A stretch of DNA of 64,000 nt from an uncultured Gemmatimonadales bacterium (GCA_963783305.1 CAWAMW010000002.1:704001-768000), one strand, 5' to 3'; shown: positions 38,987-49,111, counted from the stretch's first letter. Made by a program: numbers and translations. The notes: generated by a model from the letters alone, not told the origin.

Positions 38987-41900
38987 CTCGGCCTCCTCCT
39001 CCGGGATCATCTTCTCCTCCACGGGCGCCATCCCTCGCGCGTCCAGGAGCTGATTGAATCTCCGCAGGTCATCCTCGAGGACCCCATCGAGGCGCTCCAG
39101 CTGTCCGGTGAGCAGGCCTGACAGCAGATCGAACACCTCGTACGACTGCTCCGTCGGCCGCCCCTCCGAGCTCTGCACCACTCCCAGCAGCGCGCCGATC
39201 CGGTTGTTCAGCTTGATCGGGTAGTTCAGCGGGTCTTGACGGCTCTCGTTCCTCACCTGGTAGATCTCTCCCTCCACGGCGTTCAGGCGCGCCCTCAGCT
39301 GCTCGGCCGCCGCCGCGAGCTCTGCGTCCTCCGGCCGCGCTTCCACCCGCGCTTCCACCTGCTCCTCGATCCCGCGGATGAGGCGGATGGCGTCGTTGGC
39401 CGCCGTCAATCGGTCCCGGATCTCCATGGAGAACCGGAACTGCTCCGCCAGGTCGGCCTGCGTCACCTCGGGCAGCCGCGGGTCCTTCTCGATACGGAAC
39501 GTGCGCTCGAGCGTGCGACCGTCGGCCACCAGGCGGACCCTGTACTCTCCCGGCGCGGCCCGCGGGCCGAACCTCGTGCTCGCGGCCCACAGGATCATGT
39601 CCGGGAACTCCGTTGCCCCCGGGTACCGCAGGTTCCAGTCGAACGTGTGGAGGCCCTCGTCCATGGCGAGCTTCGGCGCCGCCGACTCCCACCACGGCCG
39701 GTCCTCCTCCTCCTCCTCGTCTTCCTCCTCCGCCGCGGGCTCCGCCTCGTAGCTCTGAATCACCGCTCCGCTCGGGTCGAGGATCTCCACCCTGAGCTGA
39801 TCCGCCGGCTCGTCCAGCAGGTACGCCAGCCGCAGGGTGCTCGCGACGCCCAGAACGGGGTCCGCCGGCTGGAACAGGTGCACATCGCCGGCGGCCGCAA
39901 CGTCGCCCAGCTGCCGCAGCGGTTCGATGTCATCCATGATCCAGAAGCCGCGGCCGTGGCTGCCCACCACCAGGTCGTGGTCCTCCACCACCAGGTCCGA
40001 GACCTGAACCACCGGCAGGTTCCGCGACAGCGACTGCCAGCTGCCGCCATCATTCCAGGAGATCCAGACCCCCTTCTCCGTTCCCATGTACAGAAGCCCG
40101 CGCCGCACCGGATCCTCGCGCACCACGCGCGTGAAATCACCCGTCGGGATCCCGGCCGTGATGTCCGTCCAGCTCCGGCCGCAGTCCGAGGTGCGGTAGG
40201 CGTAGGGCTCCAGGTCGCTCAGCAGGTAGCGGTTCCCCGCCACGTACGCGGCGCACGGGTCGTGCGGCGACGCGTCGATCATGCTCACCCGCGTGTGTTC
40301 CGGCATGGCGGGGGGCGTGACGTCCGTCCAGGACGCCCCGCCATCCCGGGTGACGTGCACCAGCCCGTCATCCGAGCCCGCCCAGAGCGTTCCCTCGTCC
40401 AGCGGCGATGGGGCGAGGCTGAAGATGGTGGCGTAGGTCTCCACGCCCGTCTGGTCGCGGGTGATGGGACCGCCGCTCGGGCCCATGGTCATGGAGTCCG
40501 CGCGCGTCAGGTCCGGGCTGATCCGCTCCCAGCTCTGGCCCCGGGTCGTCGTGCGCCACACGTGCTGCGACGTGGCGTAGAGCGTGTTCGGGTCGTGCGG
40601 CGAGAACACGATCGGGAACGTCCACTGGAACCGCTCCGCGATGTCCTCCGACGAGTAGCCCATCGGGTTGTCCGGCCACACCCGCACGTCCGCGCTCAGC
40701 CCCGTCCCGCGGTCGTAGCGGTTCAGGTAGCCGCCGTAGCTGCCGCCGTAGGTGACCCCCGGCTGGAGCGGGTGCGGCGCGATGTAGCCGCTTTCTCCGC
40801 CCGCCACGCTGTAGAACTCATCCCGGCCGCCATCGCTCGGCATGCAGACCGTGCTGTTGTCCTGCTGCGCACCGCACACGTGGTACGGGATGTCGTTGGT
40901 CGTGATCACGTGGTACATCTGGGCCGTGCTGTAATCCTGGTCGGTCCAGCTGCGGCCCCCGTTCACCGTCACGTTCGCGCCCCCGTCGTTCCCTTCCACC
41001 ATGCGCTCGTTGTCGCTGGAGGAGATCCACAGGTCGTGGTTGTCGCCGTGCGGCACCCGGATCGTCTCGAACTCGTGACCGCCGTCGTCGGAGCGGAAGA
41101 ACTGCACGTTCACCACGTAGACCCGGTCCTTGTCCTGCGAGTCGGCGTAGATCCGGGTGTAGTAGAAGGCCCGCTGCCGCATGTTGCGGTCTTCGCTGCT
41201 CCGCTCCCATGTGGCGCCGGCGTCATCGCTCACGAACACGCCCCCGCTGTCGGCCTCGATGATCGCGTACACGCGACTCGGATCCACCGGCGACACGCTG
41301 ACTCCGATGTTGCCGAGCAAGCCCTCGGGGATCCCGGGGTTGTCGCTCAGCCGGTCCCAGCTGCCACCGCCATTCGTGGTCTTGTAGAGACCGCTCCCGG
41401 GTCCTCCGCTCTTCAAGCCCCACGGCTTCCGCCACACGTCCCACATGGCGGCGTACGCCGTGCCCGGGTTCGACGGGTCCAGGCTCAGGTCCACCGCGCC
41501 CGTGTTCTCGTCGACGTACAGGACGCGCTCCCAGCTCTCACCGCCATCGGTGGAGCGATAGACTCCGCGGTCCTCGTTCGGGCCGCCGTAATGGCCCAGC
41601 GCGGCCACCCACACGGTGTTGCAGTCCGTCGGATCGATCCGCACGCGACCAATGTTGCGCGCTTCCTTCAGCCCCGCGTGCGTCCACGTCTTGCCGCCGT
41701 CCGTGCTCCGGTACACGCCGTCGCCCGGCTGCACGTTCCCCCGCAGCTGGACCTCACCCGTCCCCAGCCATACGACGTCGGGATCCAGCCCGCACACGTC
41801 CACCGCGCCTACGCTGGCGCTCCCCAGCTGCTGGTCCGTCACCGGGCGCCAGGTCGTGCCGCCGTCGGTGGTCTTCCAGAGCCCGCCGCCCGTGGCGCCG

Positions 41901-42124
41901 AAATAGTACTCGAGCGGCCGCGCGTCGCTGCCCGCCACTGCGATGGATCGGCCGCCCCGATCGGGGCCCAGGTTGCGCCAGGTGAACGGCTCCAGCAGGT
42001 CCGCGTCCACCGCCTGCTGGGCAGCCCGGTCCTGCGCGACCGTCACGCTGGGCGCGCAGCCCGATACGGCAAGAGCCAGGAGTGCCGCCCAGAAGGTCGG
42101 GCGCGGAATACGGGATGGAGGCAT
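38981..42124 (-). CDS. VPS10/BNR Asp-box beta-propeller lipoprotein (putative glycosyl hydrolase)
   Basis: Lipobox VSGC; many S/T-x-D-G-G-x-T/S-W repeats; HGDNHDLW; C-terminal helical domain. Confidence 0.85.
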   Translation of the reverse strand: MPPSRIPRPTFWAALLALAVSGCAPSVTVAQDRAAQQAVDADLLEPFTWRNLGPDRGGRSIAVAGSDARPLEYYFGATGGGLWKTTDGGTTWRPVTDQQLGSASVGAVDVCGLDPDVVWLGTGEVQLRGNVQPGDGVYRSTDGGKTWTHAGLKEARNIGRVRIDPTDCNTVWVAALGHYGGPNEDRGVYRSTDGGESWERVLYVDENTGAVDLSLDPSNPGTAYAAMWDVWRKPWGLKSGGPGSGLYKTTNGGGSWDRLSDNPGIPEGLLGNIGVSVSPVDPSRVYAIIEADSGGVFVSDDAGATWERSSEDRNMRQRAFYYTRIYADSQDKDRVYVVNVQFFRSDDGGHEFETIRVPHGDNHDLWISSSDNERMVEGNDGGANVTVNGGRSWTDQDYSTAQMYHVITTNDIPYHVCGAQQDNSTVCMPSDGGRDEFYSVAGGESGYIAPHPLQPGVTYGGSYGGYLNRYDRGTGLSADVRVWPDNPMGYSSEDIAERFQWTFPIVFSPHDPNTLYATSQHVWRTTTRGQSWERISPDLTRADSMTMGPSGGPITRDQTGVETYATIFSLAPSPLDEGTLWAGSDDGLVHVTRDGGASWTDVTPPAMPEHTRVSMIDASPHDPCAAYVAGNRYLLSDLEPYAYRTSDCGRSWTDITAGIPTGDFTRVVREDPVRRGLLYMGTEKGVWISWNDGGSWQSLSRNLPVVQVSDLVVEDHDLVVGSHGRGFWIMDDIEPLRQLGDVAAAGDVHLFQPADPVLGVASTLRLAYLLDEPADQLRVEILDPSGAVIQSYEAEPAAEEEDEEEEEDRPWWESAAPKLAMDEGLHTFDWNLRYPGATEFPDMILWAASTRFGPRAAPGEYRVRLVADGRTLERTFRIEKDPRLPEVTQADLAEQFRFSMEIRDRLTAANDAIRLIRGIEEQVEARVEARPEDAELAAAAEQLRARLNAVEGEIYQVRNESRQDPLNYPIKLNNRIGALLGVVQSSEGRPTEQSYEVFDLLSGLLTGQLERLDGVLEDDLRRFNQLLDARGMAPVEEKMIPEEEAEE

Positions 42125-42397
42125 CAGAGCATCCTTGTGGTTGTGTGGGTAGTGAGGAGGCCTAGAGTGGCCGCCGAGCCGAGGGGGTGTCAAGCGAGCG
42201 GACCCGCGATACACGCCATCGGCTGGCGCAGCAATCGTCCCTTCGCTGACGCCCCAGCGTCCGCGAGCGTTGCGGAAGCCGCTCGCCGGGGCCCCGGCCT
42301 TGCGCCGATCCATTCACAACCGCAGCCTGAACACCTGACCATGCCCGGTGTAGATGGGTGCGTCCGGATCTGAGTGCCAGGCAACCAACGAGGAACC

Positions 42398-42973
42398 ATG
42401 CTGGAATTTACCGATACCGCCCGCGCCATGGTGCGCCGGTTCGCGGAGGCGATGGAGGACCCGCGGGTGCGGATCGCCATGCACGGCAGCCCCTTCGCGC
42501 CGCAATACGAGTTCGCGCTGGTCGACGAGGACCCCGCGGCCACGGATCGCGTGCTGCAACTGGACGGCTTCAAGGTCGTGATGGACGAGGACAGCGCCGG
42601 CCGTATGGAGGGTTCCACTGTGGACTGGGTGGAAGGCGAGGCGGGCACGGGCTTCGAGGTGCACAATCCCAACGTCCGGAAGCTGGGCGAAGCCGAGCCC
42701 ACCGGGGAGCTGGCGGATCGGGTGAAACAGGTGCTGGACGGGCGGGTGAATCCCGCCGTCGCGTCCCACGGTGGGAGCATTTCCCTGGTGGACGTGGACG
42801 GCAGCGATATCTACCTTGAGCTCGGCGGCGGCTGCCAGGGGTGCGGCATGGCGCGCGTCACGCTGAAGCAGGGCGTGGAGAAGATGCTCCGTGAGTCGAT
42901 CCCGGACCTCGGTCAGATCCACGACATCACGGATCACGCCTCCGGCACCGACCCCTTCTACGCCAAGAGCTAG
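42398..42973 (+). CDS. nfuA: Fe-S biogenesis protein NfuA-like
   Basis: Cys-less A-type N-domain plus NifU C-domain with SHGG and GGCQGC, DITDH. Confidence 0.85.
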   Translation: MLEFTDTARAMVRRFAEAMEDPRVRIAMHGSPFAPQYEFALVDEDPAATDRVLQLDGFKVVMDEDSAGRMEGSTVDWVEGEAGTGFEVHNPNVRKLGEAEPTGELADRVKQVLDGRVNPAVASHGGSISLVDVDGSDIYLELGGGCQGCGMARVTLKQGVEKMLRESIPDLGQIHDITDHASGTDPFYAKS

Positions 42974-42978
42974 GACCC

Positions 42979-43950
42979 ATGTCCGAGCAACCCGCCGTTC
43001 TGTACTTCGCACGCGCCGACACCACCGCGGACGAGGTGCGTGAGATCCTGCTGGGGGAGCGGGCCCGGGTACTCCACGCCTCCGATCCGGCGGATGCGCT
43101 CGGCCAGTTCATGGACGAGCCGGTGGGGCTGCTCCTCCTGGATGGCGGCGCCCTGACCCCGTTCAGCGAGCGTCTCTTTCGACAGTGGCAGGAGCAGGAC
43201 CCGCTCCTCGAGGTAGTGGGCATCGCCGGGTCCAGTGACCGCACGGAGCCCGGCCTCCTCAGAATGGACCCGCGCCGTATCGTTCGGCCGCCACTCGACC
43301 CCCGCGACCTGATGGACGCGGTCCGGACCGCGCTCGACCGCCGCGACGAGCGAGCGCGGCTGGTGCGCGGCGATGAGAAGATTGCGTCGCTCGTGCTCCA
43401 GGCCACCCAGGCGCTCGTCACGGCCGTGGAGCTCAAGGACTCCTACACCCGTGGACGCGCCGACCGCGTTGCCCTCTTCGCCGGCATTCTCGCCGATGAG
43501 GTGGGCGGGATGGACGTGGATCGGATCCGTACCGCCGCCCGCATCATGGATGTGGGGAAGACGGGTGTGCCCGAGCCGATCCTCAACAAGACCGACCTGC
43601 TCACCGAGGAAGAGTTCGAGATGATCCAGCGCCACCCGGTCATCTCGTGGGAGATGCTGCGCCACCTGTTCCGGGACGAGATCGTGCTGGACGTGGTCCG
43701 CCACCACCACGAGCGCTGGGACGGCCGCGGCTACCCGGACGGAATCGCCGGCAATGCCATCTCCCCGGAGGCCCGCGTCGTGGCCATCGCCGACTCCCTC
43801 GACGCCATCACCTCGACCCGGGCGTTCCGACAGGCCCAGTTATGGTCCGACGCCGTGGCAGAGATCGTGGGTGGAAGCGGCACGCGCTACGACCCGGCAA
43901 TGGTGAAGGTCTTCGAACGGGCGCAGGAGCGGATGCTGGTCGGGGCATAG
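42979..43950 (+). CDS. REC-like plus HD-GYP domain protein with degenerate HD motif
   Basis: HHHERWDGRGYP and IAD present; the expected HD reads MD (ARIMDVGK). Confidence 0.85.
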   Translation: MSEQPAVLYFARADTTADEVREILLGERARVLHASDPADALGQFMDEPVGLLLLDGGALTPFSERLFRQWQEQDPLLEVVGIAGSSDRTEPGLLRMDPRRIVRPPLDPRDLMDAVRTALDRRDERARLVRGDEKIASLVLQATQALVTAVELKDSYTRGRADRVALFAGILADEVGGMDVDRIRTAARIMDVGKTGVPEPILNKTDLLTEEEFEMIQRHPVISWEMLRHLFRDEIVLDVVRHHHERWDGRGYPDGIAGNAISPEARVVAIADSLDAITSTRAFRQAQLWSDAVAEIVGGSGTRYDPAMVKVFERAQERMLVGA

Positions 43951-43954
43951 GCCC

Positions 43955-45490
43955 GTGACCCGCCACGCTGGAGCCCTCGTCCAGTGGTTCCGGGACCAGG
44001 GACTGCTCCGGGGGCCGTTCCTGTTCGTCGACTACTGGGCCAACATCCTCGGGATCGAAGGCGTCACACCCGAGGACCACGTCCGCCACGGCTTCATCGA
44101 TCCCGGCCTCTTCAAGCTCGGTATCGATCGGCCCGAGCTGGACGTGCCGAGGCTCGGCTCCTACCTCCTCCTCTTCCTGGTGGGACCCGTCGTGTTCGCG
44201 TTCCGGTCCTTCCGACGCATGGGTCGCTACCGGCTCCAGTTCCGGAGCCCTCGCAGCCGCGAGGTCCAGGATCGGCTGGACCGATTCCGGCTGACGCTCG
44301 ACCCCGCCGGGCGCGAGCCGGACCTGGCCGGTGACCCCGACCTCCCGCCGCGCTGCGACGTGCGCCTCGGCGACACCGTGCTCGCGAGCGATGTCCTGGA
44401 TCCCTATCGCGTCGCCGGCTACAGCTCCCTCTTCTGGGCGGCCAACAAGCTGCCCATGGCATCGCTCTTCGCCCTGCTGGTCGTGGGGATCGGTGCGCCC
44501 CTGCTCAGCACCCTCGGGCTCCTGGACCTCACCGCGCGATTCTGGGTGCCCGTCGGGTTCCCCGCACTCGTCCTGGTCCTCTACGCCATCCTGCGGGAAT
44601 GGCTCACCGCCATCCTGGGCGCCCTCCCGATCCTGCTCGGCAGCTATCTCGTGAACGTGCTCCGGCCTTCCACTCCCTACGACTGGTCCGTCTTCTTCTG
44701 GTCGCTCGGCGGCATCTACCTGGTCTACCTCCTGGCCGAGTGGTTCTTCGTGCCGCGCCCCGTCCCGCCCGCGCTCCTGCTCTACACCAGCACCGGGCCC
44801 GCCCACCCGTACCAGCGCCCGGACGACGCGCCGTGGTGGCTGGAGGGCCAGACGTACTGGGTGTGGCGCTACCTCCTGCTGTCACCCGCGGAGCTGAACA
44901 AGTTCTGGGAGCGGGACTGGGAGCGAGTGGACCTGTGGGTCCGGGCCGACGGACCCACGGCGGGCGACCTCGAGTGGGTCGTCACCGATCTGCACTACCG
45001 CGAGCTGTGGGTCCCGTACGAGAAGCTGGGCGACCCCGCCCACCTCGAGCGGCAGCGGACGAAGGCCCGTGAGGCCGTGGACGGCAACGGCGCCGGCATC
45101 TGGCTGGTGGAGGTCGACGCCGATCTCGTCTTCCACTCGCCCATGTTTCGCGGCGTTACGTTCCTGCCGGACACCGGCGGCCTCCCGGTGCGGGGGCTCC
45201 TGCACGTGGTGCGGTCGCTCTGGCGTCGGGTGAAGGATCACGATGTGGAGGCGCCAATGCGGACGCTCGACCGTCTGCGCCTCGAGCATGGACTCGACCT
45301 CCTCGGCGACCTTCCGGAGATCATCAGCCGGAGGGCCGAGGAGCGGCTGCTCGAGGAGCCGTGGTCCTACTGGCGCTATCCCCTGGGCGCCGCCCGCAGA
45401 CGGGAGCCGCTGGTCTACCAGACCCCGAGAACGCTGGACCCTCCCGCCGCCGCCGATCGCGCGCTCCAGATCAAGGCGCCTCCGCGGTAG
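43955..45490 (+). CDS. Membrane protein of unknown function
   Basis: 511 aa; central TM cluster; Trp-rich C-domain (KFWERDWERVDLW...TDLHYRELW). Confidence 0.7.
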   Translation: MTRHAGALVQWFRDQGLLRGPFLFVDYWANILGIEGVTPEDHVRHGFIDPGLFKLGIDRPELDVPRLGSYLLLFLVGPVVFAFRSFRRMGRYRLQFRSPRSREVQDRLDRFRLTLDPAGREPDLAGDPDLPPRCDVRLGDTVLASDVLDPYRVAGYSSLFWAANKLPMASLFALLVVGIGAPLLSTLGLLDLTARFWVPVGFPALVLVLYAILREWLTAILGALPILLGSYLVNVLRPSTPYDWSVFFWSLGGIYLVYLLAEWFFVPRPVPPALLLYTSTGPAHPYQRPDDAPWWLEGQTYWVWRYLLLSPAELNKFWERDWERVDLWVRADGPTAGDLEWVVTDLHYRELWVPYEKLGDPAHLERQRTKAREAVDGNGAGIWLVEVDADLVFHSPMFRGVTFLPDTGGLPVRGLLHVVRSLWRRVKDHDVEAPMRTLDRLRLEHGLDLLGDLPEIISRRAEERLLEEPWSYWRYPLGAARRREPLVYQTPRTLDPPAAADRALQIKAPPR

Positions 45491-46235
45491 CCCCTTGGCC
45501 GCTCCTGCGGTCCGGCGCTTCCGCTTCGTACAGGTGGAACGGCAGCCCCTCGGCCTCGAGCACGTGCCTGGCCACGTTGAACACCGGGATCCCGCGCGGC
45601 GTCTCGCCCCGGTACGTGCCGTAGTGCGCATGGCCGTGGAACACCACGTCCGCCCCCAGCGTCTCGATGGGGTCGAGCAGTCGCGAGGAGCCGAGGAACG
45701 GATAGATCTGCTCCGGCTCCCCCTGCACGGTGCCGGGGATCGGCGCGTAGTGCAGCAGCACGATCTTCTCGTCGGTATGGAGCTCGTGCAGGGCCCGCTC
45801 CAGCTTGAGCGCCTCATCCAGCGCCTCCTGGACGAACGCCTTGATCAGCGACTCCCCGAACGGCCCGAGCGCCCGCGGCCCGAACCCGCCACCGAACCCC
45901 TTCACACCTGCGAAGCCTACCCCCTCCAGCACCACCGCCCTCCCGTCCAGCACCGTGACCCCCGCGTCCTCGAGCATGGCGCACAGCTCGTCACCATCGC
46001 CGTGCTCATGGTCATGGTTGCCGAGGACGGTCACCACCGGCGGGTCCACCGCCTCCAACTCAGACAGGAACGCCCTCATCTGCTCGGGGTCCCCATGCGT
46101 GGTCAGGTCGCCCACCAGCGCCAGCACGTCCGCCTCCCGGTTCACACGGTCGAACAGCTCCGACAGCGAACCGCGCGACCGCTCGTCGAAATGAAAGTCA
46201 CCGAGCGCCGCGATCCGGACCGACCTCTCACTCAT
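45471..46235 (-). CDS. Calcineurin-like metallophosphoesterase
   Basis: GDFH, GDLT, GNHD, LHY, HGHAH motifs. Confidence 0.92.
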   Translation of the reverse strand: MSERSVRIAALGDFHFDERSRGSLSELFDRVNREADVLALVGDLTTHGDPEQMRAFLSELEAVDPPVVTVLGNHDHEHGDGDELCAMLEDAGVTVLDGRAVVLEGVGFAGVKGFGGGFGPRALGPFGESLIKAFVQEALDEALKLERALHELHTDEKIVLLHYAPIPGTVQGEPEQIYPFLGSSRLLDPIETLGADVVFHGHAHYGTYRGETPRGIPVFNVARHVLEAEGLPFHLYEAEAPDRRSGQGATAEAP

Positions 46236-47085
46236 TCCATACCTCCGCACTTCGGATCGCCGCTACCTCCGGCCGGTTCCGCTGCTCCGAGACCATCAGC
46301 AGCCGCGCATCCCTGAATCCCCATTCGTTCACATCGATAGCGAAGGAGTAGCGAGACAGCAGCGTGCCCCGCGTCAGCGGATCCTCCGTCCCGGAGTCGG
46401 CGTCGTCTTCAGGCGGGTCCTCCGCCTCGAGCCGGCGCAGCTCCTCCCGCACCCGCGACGGCACGCGGTCGCGGTGGCCGGGATAGGTGAAGTCGAAGAA
46501 GTGGACCTGGGACGCCAGCAGTCGCCAGTGCGCTCCCACCCGCGCGAACAGCCGGTCCCAGTCCAGCTCCGGGCCGCGGTGGAGGAAGAGATGGCTCACG
46601 TCCGCCATGTCGAATCGGTGCCGCTCCCCGATGAAGAGCCGGTGCCAGACCAGCTCTTCCGCGGGCGCCACGCGCACCTGGGCGCCAGCCAGGATGGCCG
46701 CCCGGGAATGCTCGTACCAGCGGTCGTCGATGAACGCGATCCCGTTGGCCATTCCGAAAATGAAGTCCACCTGCACGTCGCCCCTGAACCCCTGCGCGAG
46801 CCAGTGCTCCTCCGTCAGCGCCACGTCGAACCCCGCCGCCTTCAGCGTCTCCGCCACCGGCACCACCACGTCCGGGGTGACCAGCAGATCGAGGTCCTTG
46901 GTCTCCCGGTACACACCCGTGTAGGCGTGCACCGCATAGAGTCCGCTCAGCACGTACGGGATCCCGGCCCCGTTCAGTGCTTCCAGCGCCTCCCGGTATA
47001 CCTGCCGCTCCGCCTCCGGGATCCAGAACTCCCCGTGCGTCAGCGATTTCTTCTCCTGCGCGTTCATTCCTTCTTGCGCCGCCAT
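46228..47085 (-). CDS. Nucleotidyltransferase family protein (Pol-beta-like)
   Basis: VLSGLYAV...ETKDLDLLV, VDFIF, APAEEL. Confidence 0.8.
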   Translation of the reverse strand: MAAQEGMNAQEKKSLTHGEFWIPEAERQVYREALEALNGAGIPYVLSGLYAVHAYTGVYRETKDLDLLVTPDVVVPVAETLKAAGFDVALTEEHWLAQGFRGDVQVDFIFGMANGIAFIDDRWYEHSRAAILAGAQVRVAPAEELVWHRLFIGERHRFDMADVSHLFLHRGPELDWDRLFARVGAHWRLLASQVHFFDFTYPGHRDRVPSRVREELRRLEAEDPPEDDADSGTEDPLTRGTLLSRYSFAIDVNEWGFRDARLLMVSEQRNRPEVAAIRSAEVWNE

Positions 47086-47131
47086 GGCGACCTCGTTCTC
47101 GAGAGACGGACGTTCCGTTCGCCGCGTCCGG

Positions 47132-47147
47132 TGCAAGCGGCGTTCCC
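47132..47147 (-). promoter_or_regulatory. Putative sigma54 -24/-12 promoter
   Basis: Minus strand GGGAACGCCGCTTGCA, upstream of the nucleotidyltransferase. Confidence 0.5.
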
Positions 47148-47168
47148 CGTTCCCGTTATATTCAGCGC

Positions 47169-47567
47169 ATGTTCCTGCGAATCCTGGCGCTCTTCGTACT
47201 CCTCCCGCTCGTCGAGCTGACGATCCTGATCCAGGTCGGCCAGGCGATCGGGCTCGGACCCACCCTCCTCCTGGTCGTGGCCACCGGGCTCCTCGGCGCC
47301 ACGCTCGCCCGCCGGCAGGGCCTGCGGGCATGGCTCGCTATCCGCGCCGAGCTCCAGGCCGGGCGCATGCCCGGCGGCACGCTGGTCGACGGCCTCCTGA
47401 TCCTCATCGGCGGCATCGTCCTGCTCACGCCCGGCATTCTCACTGACCTGCTCGGCTTCGCCCTGCTCGTGCCCGCTACGCGAAATGGTCTCAAGCGCGT
47501 TTTCCGCAAACGCTTCCAGCAGGCGCTCGAGCGCGGCGAGACCAGCTTCACCATCATTGTGCCCTGA
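47169..47567 (+). CDS. fxsA: FxsA family membrane protein
   Basis: PLVELTILI.VG, RRQGL, LLTPGILTDLLG. Confidence 0.9.
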   Translation: MFLRILALFVLLPLVELTILIQVGQAIGLGPTLLLVVATGLLGATLARRQGLRAWLAIRAELQAGRMPGGTLVDGLLILIGGIVLLTPGILTDLLGFALLVPATRNGLKRVFRKRFQQALERGETSFTIIVP

Positions 47568-47578
47568 TCCCGAAACGA

Positions 47579-47594
47579 TGGTACGCGCCTTGCT
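47579..47594 (+). promoter_or_regulatory. Putative sigma54 -24/-12 promoter
   Basis: TGGTACGCGCCTTGCT, near consensus, 50 bp upstream of the small lipoprotein. Confidence 0.6.
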
Positions 47595-47643
47595 CCTATA
47601 CAGGGAGAAGTCAAACAAGACGCCCTGAACTGGAGGAACAATA

Positions 47644-47907
47644 ATGCGTAACAAGAAGCTGCTGACGCTGTTCATAGCCCCGCTCTTCGTGGTGGGAATG
47701 ACCGCCTGTGACGTGGACCAGACGGAAGAGGGCGACATGCCCGATGTCGAGGTCCAGGAAGGCGAGCTCCCGGCCTATGACGTGGAAGGCCCTGATGTCG
47801 AGGTGACCGAGGACACGGTGACCGTGCCCGAGATCGACGTGACCCCGGCCGATGATGACGGCATGACGGACGAGGGCACGACCGGTGACCTCGACGGAGG
47901 CCGGTAA
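47644..47907 (+). CDS. Small acidic lipoprotein
   Basis: RBS GGAGG; lipobox MTAC; CDVDQTEEG.MPDV.V..GELP.YDV. Confidence 0.8.
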   Translation: MRNKKLLTLFIAPLFVVGMTACDVDQTEEGDMPDVEVQEGELPAYDVEGPDVEVTEDTVTVPEIDVTPADDDGMTDEGTTGDLDGGR

Positions 47908-47940
47908 GCGCCAGGGCCACACGGCACAGCGCGAAGGATC

Positions 47941-47968
47941 GAAGGGCTCCGCTCCGGCGGGGCCCTTC
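47941..47968. terminator. Hairpin between convergent genes
   Basis: GAAGGGCTCCGC-tccg-GCGGGGCCCTTC. Confidence 0.65.
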
Positions 47969-47970
47969 GC

Positions 47971-48975
47971 TCATCCCTGCACCACCTCCACCGCCACGTG
48001 CGGCAGGACCCGCTCGACATCCTTCAGCCGCAGCAGGTCGCCGCCCCGCGACAGGAGCGCCGCCGTCCCCGCCGCCACTGCGGCCCGAAGCACGTCGTCC
48101 GGCGCAGCCGCGCCGCCTCTGGCGCCACGCATCGTACCGCCGGCCACCAGCAGCCCCGCCAGGAACGCGTCCCCCGCACCCACCGCGCTGCCTTCCTCCA
48201 GCTCCAGCGCGAACCCCGGCTGGCGCGCCCCGGTACGGACCTGGGCGCGCCAGCGGCCGTCCCGGGTCGCGACCACCGCGCCGTCGGCGCCCATGGTGAT
48301 CACGGCCATGACCGCTCCCCGCTCGAGCAGCGCGGTTGCGGCCTCCGCGGCCTGCTCCGGCCCGGCGATCGTGTGGCCCAGCAGCCGCTCCGCCTCGTGC
48401 ACGTTCGGCACGAGCAGGTCCGCCAGCGGCGCCGCGAGCCGGAGCGCCTCACCGTCACAGTCCGGGACGAAGGACCAGCCACGCGCCCGGGCGGCGGCTC
48501 CCAGCCGGCCGTAGAAATCCGCCGGCAGCCCGGGCAGCAGGCTACCGCAGCAGACGAGCCAACGCGGGCTCCCGTCGGGCGGGCGCTCCAGCTCCGTCAG
48601 CACCGCCTGGAAGAGCGCCTCCGCGACGCCGGCGTCCGCTGGCGGCCCCACCGGGTTGAGCAGGAGCGCCCGCGCCGCACCACGGTCACGCACGCCGACG
48701 AAGACCCGGGTCTCATGTGGGATCGGCACCGCCACCATCGGCGTGTCCTCGCCCCGTAGCAGCTCTGCCAGGTCCTTTCCCGTTCGGCCGCCGATCGTCA
48801 GGACCGCCAGCGACTTCATCCGCGGGGCCAGGGCGCGTGCCGCCCGCACCAGGTTTACCCCCTGCCCGCCGGGGCGGTGACGCGGCATGGGGACGCGGTT
48901 GGCGTCATCCCATATCAGCCCGTCCGCGGTGAACAGGAGGTCGAGGGACGGATTTGGTGTGACGGTGAGCAGCAT
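47971..48975 (-). CDS. PfkB family 1-phosphofructokinase-like sugar kinase
   Basis: TVTPNPSLD, GGQGVN, GSL.PG, PNVHEA, VGAGDAF. Confidence 0.9.
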   Translation of the reverse strand: MLLTVTPNPSLDLLFTADGLIWDDANRVPMPRHRPGGQGVNLVRAARALAPRMKSLAVLTIGGRTGKDLAELLRGEDTPMVAVPIPHETRVFVGVRDRGAARALLLNPVGPPADAGVAEALFQAVLTELERPPDGSPRWLVCCGSLLPGLPADFYGRLGAAARARGWSFVPDCDGEALRLAAPLADLLVPNVHEAERLLGHTIAGPEQAAEAATALLERGAVMAVITMGADGAVVATRDGRWRAQVRTGARQPGFALELEEGSAVGAGDAFLAGLLVAGGTMRGARGGAAAPDDVLRAAVAAGTAALLSRGGDLLRLKDVERVLPHVAVEVVQG

Positions 48976-49111
48976 CGGTCGATTCGCGCGTGGCGCAGGT
49001 CGTGATCCGGTTCCCGGCCTGACGATGCTCCCCCGGAAGAAGGGGCGCAATCCGAAACCCGCCACACCCCGGTAGCGTACGGCTACCTGCACCCTCGAAC
49101 CAGGAGCCCCC

